NCBI GenBank assembly: GCA_041651535.1
Contig: JBAZIZ010000004.1
Coordinates: 24,341-88,340 of the forward strand
Direction: 5' to 3'
DNA from: Patescibacteria group bacterium
Lineage (GTDB): Bacteria > Patescibacteriota > Patescibacteriia > Magasanikbacterales > UBA922
Length of the DNA: 64,000 nucleotides
Both the position numbers and the translations under genes were made by a program. Shown here piece by piece: positions 20,569-34,108 of the stretch. The notes beneath the pieces were generated by a model that made no database searches, was not told the origin of the DNA, and saw only the letters and a list, made by a program, of their open reading frames with translations. The first letter of the stretch is position 1, and each line of letters begins with the position of its first letter.

Positions 20569-21171
20569 TTAAATAAACAAATTAGTTAAAAAATCAATAA
20601 TCGGAATAATCAGCTCAAATCCAAAAAATATAAAAAACAATAAAATAACAAAACTATATTGCTGTAAAAATTGTTTTATTTGCCACATTGAATCTGGAAG
20701 TACTGCATATAAAATCTTTGATCCATCAAGCGGCGGAATCGGAACTAAATTAAAAATAGCTAAAAGTACATTGGCGTAAACTATGAGATAAATAAAAGAA
20801 AGTATTTCATAACTAAATGGAACAAATTTTATTAATAACCCAAAAGAAAAAGCTAATAATAAATTTGATAATGGACCGGCTATTGCCACCAAAGCTGGAC
20901 CCCATTTTTGATTTTTTAAATTATAAGGATTATAAGGCACTGGTTTAGCATAGGCAAACAAAAATCGGCCACCAGTTAAAAATAATAGAATAAGTGGCAT
21001 AAAAATTGTTCCCCATTTATCAATATGAACTTTTGGATTTAAACTAAGACGACCTGCATATTTTGCAGTTGGATCACCAAGCTCATTTGCCGCCCAAGCA
21101 TGAGCATATTCATGAAAAATTGAAGATGGAACTATAATTAAGAAAAAAAATAACATTTGGATAATTTCCAT
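20569..21171 (-). CDS. Site-2 protease family (peptidase M50) membrane metalloprotease
   Basis: HEYAH, AGPLSN and FNLVPIPPLDG motifs. Confidence 0.93.
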   Translation of the reverse strand: MEIIQMLFFFLIIVPSSIFHEYAHAWAANELGDPTAKYAGRLSLNPKVHIDKWGTIFMPLILLFLTGGRFLFAYAKPVPYNPYNLKNQKWGPALVAIAGPLSNLLLAFSFGLLIKFVPFSYEILSFIYLIVYANVLLAIFNLVPIPPLDGSKILYAVLPDSMWQIKQFLQQYSFVILLFFIFFGFELIIPIIDFLTNLFI

Positions 21172-21359
21172 AATAATTAAATTAAAAATGCAAAATTAAA
21201 AAATTTTATTCACTTATCAATTTCTGACTTTAAAACAAGAAATATTTAAAAATCTTTTAACTTTTAAATCTTAACTCTTAAGAGTATTGACAAAAAATCT
21301 TTATTATTATAATATATATTTATTAAAAAAACAATTTTATTATCTTAAACAAGAAAAAT

Positions 21360-21527
21360 ATGGCAAAATGCGAAATCTGTGGAAAAAAATCACAAAAATC
21401 AGCCAGCCGCAGCCACTCAAAAATAAAAACTTTAAAAAGACAAAAAGTCAATTTGCAAAAATTGGATGGAAAAAAAGTTTGTGCCGGTTGTCGTCGTACT
21501 ATCGCAAAAAAAATCAACAAACAATAA
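21360..21527 (+). CDS. rpmB: 50S ribosomal protein L28 (short, zinc-type)
   Basis: Manual translation MAKCEICGKKSQKSASRSHSKIKTLKRQKVNLQKLDGKKVCAGCRRTIAKKINKQ (55 aa, below the ORF-track cutoff); TTGACA at 21287. Confidence 0.92.
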   Translation: MAKCEICGKKSQKSASRSHSKIKTLKRQKVNLQKLDGKKVCAGCRRTIAKKINKQ

Positions 21528-21540
21528 ACAAAAAAAATAT

Positions 21541-21566
21541 AAAAATCCGCTAAATAAGCGGATTTT
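21541..21566. terminator. Bidirectional terminator between rpmB and the 6S RNA
   Basis: AAAATCCGCT-aaata-AGCGGATTTT. Confidence 0.75.
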
Positions 21567-21570
21567 TATA

Positions 21571-21712
21571 ATCCCAGATGAAACAGGTTTAAATACTACC
21601 CCTAAAAAATTAGGTGGGTGAACTCACATTCAGCCCACGAGCTGAAAAAATATTGTTCTCCCTTTGTAGTAAAATTGTAGAATAGTATTAACCTTTTTAT
21701 TTCATCTAAGAT
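21571..21712 (-). ncRNA. ssrS: Probable compact 6S RNA
   Basis: Rod-shaped self-complementarity (AGATGAAA/TTTCATCT, AGGTTAATACTA/TAGTATTTAAACCT); GGGAGAAC...GTTCACCCACCT signature as in Bacillus 6S-1; promoter TTGCAT-17-TATACT directly upstream. Confidence 0.75.
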
Positions 21713-21757
21713 ATTTAAAGTATAATATTTTTTTATTATTTATGCAACTAAAAAATT

Positions 21758-23449
21758 TTACATTTCTTTTACTGTTTTAATTGTTAAAATTTTTAAAGCA
21801 TCAGCTAAAATTGTCTGTGTAGCCTTGATCAAATACAAACGACTTTGTTTTAAATTTTCTTCACTATTTAAAATATTATATTTAGCGTAAAAATCATTAA
21901 AAGCTTGGGCTAAATCAAAAGTATATTTTGTAATTACAGCCGGATTATAATTTTCTCGAGCTTTAATTATTATTTCATCATAAATATTTAACAAAGCTAA
22001 TATCTTTTTTTCTTCTGCTTCTTTTAAAAGCGAAAAATCAATTTGTTTTAAATTTTTTAGATTTTTAATTTTTTTAAAAATACTATTAATTCGCACAAAA
22101 GAATACAAAACATAAAGAGCATTATAACCTTCAAAACTAACCGCTTCTTTTATGTCAAAAATAATATTTTTTTTCGCTTCATGCTTTTGCATATAAAATT
22201 TTAAAACAGCATCAGTTAATATTTCAACTGTTTTTTTTATTTTATCTTCTGACCAATTTTGATTTTTTTGTTTTGTTTCCAAAAAAATTTTAGCAAAAAT
22301 TTCATTTTTTAGATCTTCATACAAAATTACATTGCCCGCACGAGAAGACATTTTTCCACTTGCTAAATTTATTAAACCATAAGAGATATGGGTCATTTTC
22401 TTTTTAAAACCTGACAATTCCAAAATTTTAAACAATTGTTTAAAATAAAATTCTTGTTCCAATCCTGTGATATAAACACTTTCTTCAATTTTATATTTTT
22501 TGAATTTTTTTTCAGCTAAAGCTAAATCTCCAGTAATATATAAACCAGCTCCACTACTTTTTCTTAATAAAGCAATATCCAAATTATATTTATTTAAATC
22601 AACAATCACTGCCCCGCCTTCACCAATTTTGGCAATTTTATTTTTTAATAATTTATCAACTATTTTTTTTCCATCGTTTTTTACTTCTGATTCATAAATA
22701 ATGGCATCATGTTTTAAATCCAAATCTTTCATAATTTTTGTAAAACCTTTTATGCTCCAGTCACGAGTTTCTTGCCAAACTTTTTGAATTTGTTTATCTT
22801 GATTTTCAAATTTGACTTGAAAATCTTTGACATTGTTTTCAATTTCAGGATGATCTTTGATAAAATTATTTGCTTCAGAGTAAATTTCGCCTAAAAATTT
22901 TTGATTATGTTTATTTTTATCTTTTAAAATTTCCGGATGATAATTTAAAATATACCATAAACACTTTACAACATGATTTCCATAATCATTTATATAATTC
23001 ATGGTAATAACTTTAAAATCAGTTTTTTTATAAAGTTCAACCAAAGTATTTCCGATTGCTACATTACGCAAATGACCAATATGAAATTCTTTATGAGTAT
23101 TTTGTGAAGGATATTCAAATAATACTTTTCTTTTTTTACCAATATTTAAAAATTTATTTTGTTTATTTTGCAAAATATCCCCTAATATTTTTTGTGCTAA
23201 TTTTTCATAATCAAAATAAAAATTTACATAAGGACCAAAATTTTTTACTTCTTTTATAAAAGCTATTTTTTCTTTATTCAAAAGCTGAGCCAGTTCGGTA
23301 GCTTTTTCCACTGGTGAATCAGTTAGATTAAAACAAGCAAAAGCTAAATCGCCCATTTCACTTTTTGGTGGAATTAATAAATCAATTTTTTCTAGAGAAG
23401 AAAATTTATTTATTTTTTTTAATATATTTTTTTTAATTTCAATCATCAT
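21758..23449 (-). CDS. argS: Arginine--tRNA ligase
   Basis: HIGH motif, GKMSSRAGN, DALR-type C-terminus. Confidence 0.96.
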   Translation of the reverse strand: MMIEIKKNILKKINKFSSLEKIDLLIPPKSEMGDLAFACFNLTDSPVEKATELAQLLNKEKIAFIKEVKNFGPYVNFYFDYEKLAQKILGDILQNKQNKFLNIGKKRKVLFEYPSQNTHKEFHIGHLRNVAIGNTLVELYKKTDFKVITMNYINDYGNHVVKCLWYILNYHPEILKDKNKHNQKFLGEIYSEANNFIKDHPEIENNVKDFQVKFENQDKQIQKVWQETRDWSIKGFTKIMKDLDLKHDAIIYESEVKNDGKKIVDKLLKNKIAKIGEGGAVIVDLNKYNLDIALLRKSSGAGLYITGDLALAEKKFKKYKIEESVYITGLEQEFYFKQLFKILELSGFKKKMTHISYGLINLASGKMSSRAGNVILYEDLKNEIFAKIFLETKQKNQNWSEDKIKKTVEILTDAVLKFYMQKHEAKKNIIFDIKEAVSFEGYNALYVLYSFVRINSIFKKIKNLKNLKQIDFSLLKEAEEKKILALLNIYDEIIIKARENYNPAVITKYTFDLAQAFNDFYAKYNILNSEENLKQSRLYLIKATQTILADALKILTIKTVKEM

Positions 23450-23452
23450 ATT

Positions 23453-24148
23453 TTATTCATTAAATTTTTGATAATTATTTTTTGCCCATTCTAATCTTTC
23501 TGGAACCCCAATATCAATCCAATCTTTATCAGATTCATAAACAAATAGATTAGTTATAAAAGGAAAAACATCGTATTCTAAACTAAATGTTTCAACTTTC
23601 GGAAAATATTTTTTTATGGCTGAATTAAAAATATAAATTCCACCATTAATAAAACCAGCTTTTTTAACACCTTCTTTTTCTTTAAAAGATTTCAATAAAT
23701 AATTTTCATCATAATCCAAAGTTCCATAATTTGAGGCGTCAATAACTTTTGTCCCTAAAACAAGTCCATCACTATTATTTTTTAAATTATTTACCATTTC
23801 TTGCAAATCAACCGTAGTTAAAATATCACCATTCAAAATTATAGATGCTTCGGCATTTTCTTTCACAAAATTTAAAGCATTTTTAATTGCTCCTCCTGTG
23901 CCTAATTTTTTTTCTTCTATCGCATAAATAATTTTAACACCACAACATTCATCACCAACTTGTCTTTTTAAAACTTCAGACAAATGACCAGCCGCTAAAA
24001 CAACTTCTGTAATATTTATTTTTTTTAATTTTTCAATTTGCCATTCTAAAATAGTTTTGCCACCAATTTCAAGCAAAACTTTTGGCATTTCCTTAGTAAT
24101 TTCCCCTAATCTGGTGGAAAGTCCACCACATAAAATAATGGCATTCAT
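23453..24148 (-). CDS. Nucleotidyltransferase (sugar-1-phosphate NTP-transferase family)
   Basis: ILCGGLSTRL...PK, LGTGGAI, NGD, INGGIY and WIDIG motifs. Confidence 0.9.
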   Translation of the reverse strand: MNAIILCGGLSTRLGEITKEMPKVLLEIGGKTILEWQIEKLKKINITEVVLAAGHLSEVLKRQVGDECCGVKIIYAIEEKKLGTGGAIKNALNFVKENAEASIILNGDILTTVDLQEMVNNLKNNSDGLVLGTKVIDASNYGTLDYDENYLLKSFKEKEGVKKAGFINGGIYIFNSAIKKYFPKVETFSLEYDVFPFITNLFVYESDKDWIDIGVPERLEWAKNNYQKFNE

Positions 24149-24150
24149 AT

Positions 24151-24723
24151 TTAAAAAAATAAAACTTTCAGATAATTATACAGCACTTGGGTAATATTTT
24201 CCAATAACCAAAAAGAAGATAGGGACAAAAATAAAGCAACAAAAAAACCACCAATTATATCTCGTGGATAATGAACTCCCACATAAACTCGTCCAACTGA
24301 AACCAAAAAAGCTAACAAAAATAAAAAAATTCCAAAATAAATATTTATTCCCAAAAAAACAGGAATAAAGAAAAAAATAAAAGAAACTGTCGCATGATCA
24401 GAAGGAAATGATTTCCAATTGACTAAAGGTTGTAAAGAGACTTTTATAAAATTTTTTTCTAAAATTGGTCGAGGATGACGCCAAATCAAAGCTATAGAAT
24501 AATTAAAAATAAAAGCAAAAAAAACAGTAGTCAAAAGTAATTTTAATAAAAAATCAAATTTTGTCGGATCAATTTCAAATAAGAAAAAAGCACCCCAAAA
24601 TAAAACAATAGCAATCAAAATATAAATTAGAGCATGAGCAAAAAAATACATCACAAAATCAAGACTTTTATTTTTACCAACTATAGAATTTATTTTTAAA
24701 AAAAGTTTTTCTGACCAAGACAT
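24151..24723 (-). CDS. PAP2-family phosphatase (undecaprenyl-pyrophosphate phosphatase-like)
   Basis: RPxxx, SFPSDH and RVYVGVHYP motifs; multiple TM segments. Confidence 0.9.
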   Translation of the reverse strand: MSWSEKLFLKINSIVGKNKSLDFVMYFFAHALIYILIAIVLFWGAFFLFEIDPTKFDFLLKLLLTTVFFAFIFNYSIALIWRHPRPILEKNFIKVSLQPLVNWKSFPSDHATVSFIFFFIPVFLGINIYFGIFLFLLAFLVSVGRVYVGVHYPRDIIGGFFVALFLSLSSFWLLENITQVLYNYLKVLFF

Positions 24724-24726
24724 ATT

Positions 24727-25815
24727 TTATTTTTTATTTTTTAAAACACTCACAATAATTTCATCTAAATCTCCGTCTAAAATTTTTTCAGTATCAGTGG
24801 TTTCCCATTCACTACGCAGATCTTTTACTAATTTATAAGGATTTAAAACATAAGAACGAATTTGACTTCCCCACTCAGGAATTTGGTAATCACCTTTAAG
24901 TTTCATTATTTTATTTTCTTCTTCTATTTCTTTAATTTTTTGTAACTTTGCTTTTAAAATTTTTAAAGCAGTTAGTTTGTTTTGTAATTGTGATCTTTCA
25001 TTTTGACAACTAACTGAAATTCCTGATGGTACATGAGTTATCCGCACAGCGCTATAAGTTGTGTTTACACTTTGACCACCATGACCACCTGACATAAAAG
25101 TATCAATTCTCAAATCTTTTTCATTTATTTCAATTTCACTATTTTCAATTTCTGGAATTACTTCTACTAAAGCAAAAGAAGTGTGACGCATTTTTTCGGC
25201 ATCAAATGGTGAAATTCTAACCAAACGATGAGTACCTTGTTCTGACTTCAAAAATCCATAAACATAATTTCCAGTAATTCTAACGGAAACTGATTTTAAA
25301 CCAGCTTCGTTACCAAAAGTTTCATCTAAAATAAAAGATTTCCAAGATTTCTTTTCTGCATAACGTAAATACATGCGAAGTAAAATTTCTGTCCAGTCTT
25401 GTGCATCTGTGCCACCGCTACCAGCATGAATTGATATGATTGCATTTTCCTGATCATGTTTTCCAGACATAAATGCTAAAAATTCAATTTTGTCATATTT
25501 TTCTTGTAAAATTTTTATTTGTTCTTCAATTTGTAAATTTAGTTCAGCATCATATTTTTTTTCCAATTCAAGTGATAACTGAAACAAATCTTTAGTTTCA
25601 GAAAATAGTTCTTGCCAGTTTTGAATTTCTTTATTTAGAGATTCATATTTTTGGGATATTTGTTTTGCTTTTTCTTGATTTTGCCAAAAATTTTTTTCTT
25701 TCATTATGTTTTCTAATTCATCTTTTTTTATTTTTTTATTTGAAATTTCAAGTAAAGCTTCAATTTCTTGTGCTTGATCTAACATCTTTGCTAATTGTTT
25801 TTTATATTCAGCCAT
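24727..25815 (-). CDS. prfB: Peptide chain release factor 2, no programmed frameshift
   Basis: SPF anticodon-mimic motif and GGQ motif; continuous ORF. Confidence 0.97.
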   Translation of the reverse strand: MAEYKKQLAKMLDQAQEIEALLEISNKKIKKDELENIMKEKNFWQNQEKAKQISQKYESLNKEIQNWQELFSETKDLFQLSLELEKKYDAELNLQIEEQIKILQEKYDKIEFLAFMSGKHDQENAIISIHAGSGGTDAQDWTEILLRMYLRYAEKKSWKSFILDETFGNEAGLKSVSVRITGNYVYGFLKSEQGTHRLVRISPFDAEKMRHTSFALVEVIPEIENSEIEINEKDLRIDTFMSGGHGGQSVNTTYSAVRITHVPSGISVSCQNERSQLQNKLTALKILKAKLQKIKEIEEENKIMKLKGDYQIPEWGSQIRSYVLNPYKLVKDLRSEWETTDTEKILDGDLDEIIVSVLKNKK

Positions 25816-25864
25816 ATTGATTTTATATTAACTTAAAATGACATAAAAATCAAGCAAAAAAATA

Positions 25865-25894
25865 AAAAAATCCCGCAAATTAAGCGAGATTTTT
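25865..25894 (-). terminator. groEL terminator
   Basis: AAAAATCCCGC...GCGAGATTTTT. Confidence 0.65.
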
Positions 25895-25906
25895 GGTTTA
25901 AAATTT

Positions 25907-27547
<1,641 letters not shown>

Positions 27548-27556
27548 TTATTATTT

Positions 27557-27841
27557 TTATTTTTCTAAAATAGCAATTATATCTTCATGACTTAAAATCT
27601 TTGCTTCTGCTCCGGATTCCAATTCTATTTCATCACCTCCCCATTTTTTAAATAAAACCAACATGCCTTTTTGTAAATTTAATTTGCGAATTTCTTCGCC
27701 TTCACCAATTTCCAAAATTTCTCCAGTAGCTTTTTCTTTTTTTTGAGCTGAATCTGGTAAAATAATTCCAAAAGAAGTTTTTTCTTCTTTTTCTTCCAAT
27801 ATTTTTACGAGAACTCTGTCTCCAATGGGTTTGATTTTCAT
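27557..27841 (-). CDS. groS: Co-chaperonin GroES
   Basis: [12 protein letters not shown] and GIILPDSA; start moved to the ATG at 27841. Confidence 0.96.
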   Translation of the reverse strand: MKIKPIGDRVLVKILEEKEEKTSFGIILPDSAQKKEKATGEILEIGEGEEIRKLNLQKGMLVLFKKWGGDEIELESGAEAKILSHEDIIAILEK

Positions 27842-27873
27842 ATTATGAATTAAATAATTAAAAATAATTTTTA

Positions 27874-27900
27874 TTATCACTCTTACTGTCTGAGTGATAA
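27874..27900. promoter_or_regulatory. Variant CIRCE operator (HrcA site)
   Basis: TTATCACTC-N9-GAGTGATAA between the groES promoter (TTGACA at 27937-27942) and the start codon. Confidence 0.85.
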
Positions 27901-27973
27901 TATCTTTTTGATTATAATAATACTTAGAAAAAAAATTGTCAATAAAAAAACAAGTGGATAATTTTCCACTTTT

Positions 27974-28681
27974 TTAAGCCCAATCTTTTATTTTCTTTTC
28001 GCAATGAAAACAGGCAAAATTATAAATTATTTTATGAATTTCTTCATAATCAGCTTTTTCAATTTCCAAATCTTTAAAATCATAAACTAAAATATCTTTC
28101 AATTTTTTTATTATTTTTGGTTTAATTGAAATATAATTTTTTGCTAAGATTTTATTTGTTTCTAAACATTGAGGACACGCCAAACCTCCTCCATAATAAA
28201 AATTATTCAAAGAATCTTCTTTGGAACAAAAAACACAAGAATTCAAAATCGGTTCAAAACCGAAAAAAACTAAAATTTTAAAAATAAAAATGTCTATAAA
28301 AAATTTTTTAAAATCCGCTGTTTCCTCTGAAAAATTTAAAAAAGAAAGCAAAAGAAAAAAAATATTTTTATCACCTGCCCGTTCTTCTAACTGTTGATTT
28401 AAAAAAGAAAGTAAAAACAAAATATAAAGAGATTTTTTAAGATCTCTTCTATTTTTAGGAAAATAATCAATCATTTGCACCCCAGTTAAATATTCAAACT
28501 CTTTGCCAGAAACACTTTCTATATCTACAAAAGACATTGGCTCTAAATAAGCTGAATTTTTGCTCGAAATTTTTTTTACACCTTTCGCCAAAAGATCTAT
28601 TTTGCCTTTTTCCCAAGTGTAAAAACTAATAATTTGATCGTTTTCTCGAAAGTTTCTCCTTTTTAAAACTATCGCTTTCAT
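27974..28681 (-). CDS. recO: DNA repair protein RecO
   Basis: KAIVLK..FRENDQI...GKI...AKGVKK motif; CxxC...CxxC zinc finger. Confidence 0.9.
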   Translation of the reverse strand: MKAIVLKRRNFRENDQIISFYTWEKGKIDLLAKGVKKISSKNSAYLEPMSFVDIESVSGKEFEYLTGVQMIDYFPKNRRDLKKSLYILFLLSFLNQQLEERAGDKNIFFLLLSFLNFSEETADFKKFFIDIFIFKILVFFGFEPILNSCVFCSKEDSLNNFYYGGGLACPQCLETNKILAKNYISIKPKIIKKLKDILVYDFKDLEIEKADYEEIHKIIYNFACFHCEKKIKDWA

Positions 28682-28688
28682 AAACAAA

Positions 28689-29051
28689 TTATTTTTTTAA
28701 ATAATCACGTAAAATAACAATAGCCGCTTTTTCATCAATACTAGCGTCACCAGGAATTTTTTTGGCTTCAGCTGTACTAAAACTTTCATTTTGAAAATCA
28801 ATTTCAATTGTGCTCAAAATATTTTTTATTTTTTCTGCAATGTCTCTAATCTGTTTTGTTTTTTCATTTTCTTCACCACCAAGATCAAAAGGTAAACCAA
28901 AAACTATTTTGGCAATTTTTTCTTTTTTTATAATACTAATAAGTTCATCAATATTACTAGCAATTCCAAAAGCTAAAACTAAATCTAAATCAGTTGAAGA
29001 CCAAGACAAACCAATTCTTTTTTTACCATAATCAACACCTAAAATATTCAT
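28689..29051 (-). CDS. yqgF: YqgF/RuvX-family nuclease (pre-16S rRNA processing)
   Basis: ILGVDYGKKRIG, GLP and ID..AA..IL motifs. Confidence 0.9.
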   Translation of the reverse strand: MNILGVDYGKKRIGLSWSSTDLDLVLAFGIASNIDELISIIKKEKIAKIVFGLPFDLGGEENEKTKQIRDIAEKIKNILSTIEIDFQNESFSTAEAKKIPGDASIDEKAAIVILRDYLKK

Positions 29052-29057
29052 ATTTTT

Positions 29058-29873
29058 TTATTTTAATTCTTTTGGACGACGAGTGGCAACAATCAAACCT
29101 TTTTCAGTAAAAACTAATGTATGTTCAAAATGAGCACTTAAACTTTTATCAACTGTTGAAAAACTCCAACCATCTTTGGAAACATCAACTCTATAATTTC
29201 CTAAAGTAATCATTGGTTCAACAGCTAAAACCACACCTGGTGTTATTTTCCAAGCATTTAATGATGGTTCATAATAATTTGGTACAGAAGGTTCTTCATG
29301 AACTTCATGACCAACACCATGACCAACAAGATCACGGACTATACCATAACCAAAAGGCTGTATATAATTTTCAATTGTTTTTCCAATATCTGAAATACTA
29401 TCACCAATTTTTATTTCTGAAATTACTTTTTCTAAAGAATTTTTTGTCGCATCTAATAATTTTTTTGTTTCTTCATTTATTTTTCCAACAGCAATAGTCA
29501 AAGCTGTATCAGTAAAAAATCCGTTTCCACCTTTACCTAAACCTGAGTTAACAGGATATTGCATACCAATATCTATACTAAAAATATCGCCTTCTTTCAA
29601 GAAACGATCTTTTTTAGGAATTCCATGAACAACTTCTTCATTTATAGAAGCACAGATTGTTCCAGGAAATGGAATATCATCTCTAGAACTACGATAATTT
29701 TTAAAAGCTGGACGGCCACCAACTGCTTTTATCATTTTTTCTGCTTCTACATCTATTTTCCAAGTACTAATTCCAGGTTCGACTAAATCAGCAAGTTTTT
29801 CTAAAATCTCACCCAAAAGTTTACCGCCTTCTAAAATATATTTTATTTCTTCTTGTTTTTTTATAATACTCAT
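29058..29873 (-). CDS. map: Type I methionine aminopeptidase
   Basis: SINEEVVHGIP, GHGVG...HEEP and AHFEHT motifs. Confidence 0.97.
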   Translation of the reverse strand: MSIIKKQEEIKYILEGGKLLGEILEKLADLVEPGISTWKIDVEAEKMIKAVGGRPAFKNYRSSRDDIPFPGTICASINEEVVHGIPKKDRFLKEGDIFSIDIGMQYPVNSGLGKGGNGFFTDTALTIAVGKINEETKKLLDATKNSLEKVISEIKIGDSISDIGKTIENYIQPFGYGIVRDLVGHGVGHEVHEEPSVPNYYEPSLNAWKITPGVVLAVEPMITLGNYRVDVSKDGWSFSTVDKSLSAHFEHTLVFTEKGLIVATRRPKELK

Positions 29874-30044
29874 ATAGAAATATGTTAACACTATTTTTTT
29901 TAAAAGACAAGCTGAATAATTTTTGATTTTAGATTTAGAATTTTTTAAAATTTATTTTTAATTCAAAATTTAGATTCTAAAATCTAAAATTCTAAATCTT
30001 AAATAAAAAAACCCACTTTTCAGTAGGTTTTTTAATTTTTAATT

Positions 30045-30548
30045 TTAATGGAGTTTCCATTTTCTCGCAATAAAATCACTTAGTGGTTCGTCTTCTTGTT
30101 TCAAATCTTCTTCTAAAAAATTTAATAAAGTTTTTCTAATTTGAGTTGGATCTTCATCTACTAATGGAATTCGAAGTCGTGGTTTAAGCCCAGTTGTTTC
30201 AAAAAATAACATTTTTACTTCTTCTTTTGGATTATAGATAATAAAAAAATCGCGCAGTTCTCCGTATTTATAAAATTTATTATTAATAGAAATTCCTAAT
30301 CTGGTAATTTTAAAAGGTAAAATTATTGGTTTTTGGATTGATTGTAAAAAAATTATTATTGAAAAAAGTGTAATAATCAAAATGAATAAATAATTATCAG
30401 TAAAAATTGAATAAAAAATCAAAAGAACTGCTAACAATAACATAAAAATTAACCAACTTTTTGGTCTCTGATTTTCATTATATTCTGGGATACTCCATTC
30501 GTGAAGAACATCACCCAAAATAGATTCATTGTTTATTTTTTCTGGCAT
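30045..30548 (-). CDS. Hypothetical membrane protein (two TM helices plus PH-like domain; DUF5673-like)
   Basis: W..PEY....R...W followed by two TM segments and GI.IN.KFY. Confidence 0.7.
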   Translation of the reverse strand: MPEKINNESILGDVLHEWSIPEYNENQRPKSWLIFMLLLAVLLIFYSIFTDNYLFILIITLFSIIIFLQSIQKPIILPFKITRLGISINNKFYKYGELRDFFIIYNPKEEVKMLFFETTGLKPRLRIPLVDEDPTQIRKTLLNFLEEDLKQEDEPLSDFIARKWKLH

Positions 30549-30675
30549 ATATTAAAATTAATATGCTTTTATTATAACACAAAATCTAAAATAAAAGAAA
30601 TAATATAAACTTGAAAAAAAATAAAAAATAATATAGACTAAAACATATTAACTAATAAAATAATTTTAAAAAAAT

Positions 30676-32823
<2,148 letters not shown>

Positions 32824-32838
32824 TGTATATTTTAGTTT

Positions 32839-33225
32839 TTAAAAAGTATTTCTTTTTTTAATTGAATATATGAAGTTTAATGGTCTTTCATGATTTTTTT
32901 CTTCGACTTCTCTAAACATCATTTCTTTTATTTTATTTTTAAAATGTTCGTCTTCAGAAATTCTTTTTAAAAAATCTTGATCAGTTTCAGCTTCAAATCT
33001 TGCAGGAGCAGATATTTCTAATGAAGGTCCATCGTATTCATTTAATTGAAATTCAATTAAAAACTTGTCTTGTTTAAAACCAAAATCATCTTTTTTTTCC
33101 AAAATCACTGAAGTCATAATTGGTCTTTCTGATTCTAAATTTGTTTTAGATTTGTTTTCTTTTGAATCTGCATCTGGTTTTTTTATTATTTGACCAATTC
33201 TATTTTCTTGATTATTTTCATTCAT
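32839..33225 (-). CDS. Hypothetical protein
   Basis: ATG at 33225 (MNENNQEN); promoter TTGACA-17-TACAAT at 33254-33282. Confidence 0.65.
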   Translation of the reverse strand: MNENNQENRIGQIIKKPDADSKENKSKTNLESERPIMTSVILEKKDDFGFKQDKFLIEFQLNEYDGPSLEISAPARFEAETDQDFLKRISEDEHFKNKIKEMMFREVEEKNHERPLNFIYSIKKRNTF

Positions 33226-33322
33226 ATTAAAAATTAAATTTAAACTTTTATAGATTGTAAGACTTTTTTTAAAAAATGTCAAAACTTGATTTTATTTTTC
33301 TAAGGTATTAAAATATTTTTAT

Positions 33323-33790
33323 ATGATTATAAATATAATAGTTGTCGGAAAATTTAAAGAAAAATATTGGGAAGAGGCTGAAAAAGAATATCTTAAACGT
33401 CTTTCAGCTTGGTTTAAAATCAATATTTTAGAATTAAAAGAAGAATCTTTTTCTGAAAAAGATATTAAAAATAAAATTAAACAAAAAGAAGCACAAAATA
33501 TTTTAGCTAAAATACCAAAAAATTCTTTTGTCATTGTACTAGACGAAAACGGAACAGAATTTACTAGTGAAGATTTTTCTGAAAAATTAAAAACTTGGTT
33601 AGAAACTGAAAATAATCTTACTTTTATTCTCGGTGGACCACTGGGTTTGCATGAATCTATATTAAAAAAAGCTAATTTTAAAGTAGCTTTATCACAAATG
33701 ACTTTTACACATCAAATGGCTCGGGTTTTTCTTCTTGAACAGATATATCGGGGACAAATGATAAATCAAAATAGAAAATATCATTATTAA
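33323..33790 (+). CDS. rlmH: 23S rRNA (pseudouridine1915-N3)-methyltransferase RlmH
   Basis: SPOUT motifs FILGGPLG and TFTHQMARVFLLEQIYR; ends YHY. Confidence 0.95.
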   Translation: MIINIIVVGKFKEKYWEEAEKEYLKRLSAWFKINILELKEESFSEKDIKNKIKQKEAQNILAKIPKNSFVIVLDENGTEFTSEDFSEKLKTWLETENNLTFILGGPLGLHESILKKANFKVALSQMTFTHQMARVFLLEQIYRGQMINQNRKYHY

Positions 33791-33823
33791 AAAAGCCTAC
33801 AGAATCGTAGACTTTTTTTAAAT

Positions 33824-34108
33824 TTATTTTTTTTCTAACTCTTGGTGATCTAATGATAATTCTGTTGTTTTAGTAGAGTTATTTTCTAAATTTTGTTTTG
33901 AATCAACTGGCAAAATATTTTGTTTCCAGCTAATATCATCTATCAGATCACCGGTTTCTTCTTCATCTTCAACTAAACTTTCTTCAACTTCATCTTCTAT
34001 TTCTAAATTTTGTTTTTCCACGTTAGGGTCATCTTCAGCATCATCAAAATTACCTCTCATAACTTTTGGAAGATTTGACTGTGATTCAAAAAAATTTCTT
34101 TCTGACAT
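33824..34108 (-). CDS. Hypothetical acidic, probably disordered protein
   Basis: 94-aa ATG ORF rich in D/E; shares a hairpin terminator (about 33790-33818) with rlmH. Confidence 0.6.
   Translation of the reverse strand: MSERNFFESQSNLPKVMRGNFDDAEDDPNVEKQNLEIEDEVEESLVEDEEETGDLIDDISWKQNILPVDSKQNLENNSTKTTELSLDHQELEKK

Noticed and set aside
21287-21553. 88-aa ORF in the track
   Set aside because: Wrong frame. Its TTG start is the -35 box, and the real gene is rpmB at 21360-21527.
24727-25815. Genetic code 25 (UGA read as Gly) as in Gracilibacteria and Absconditabacteria
   Set aside because: RF2 is present and the conserved genes are intact under code 11.
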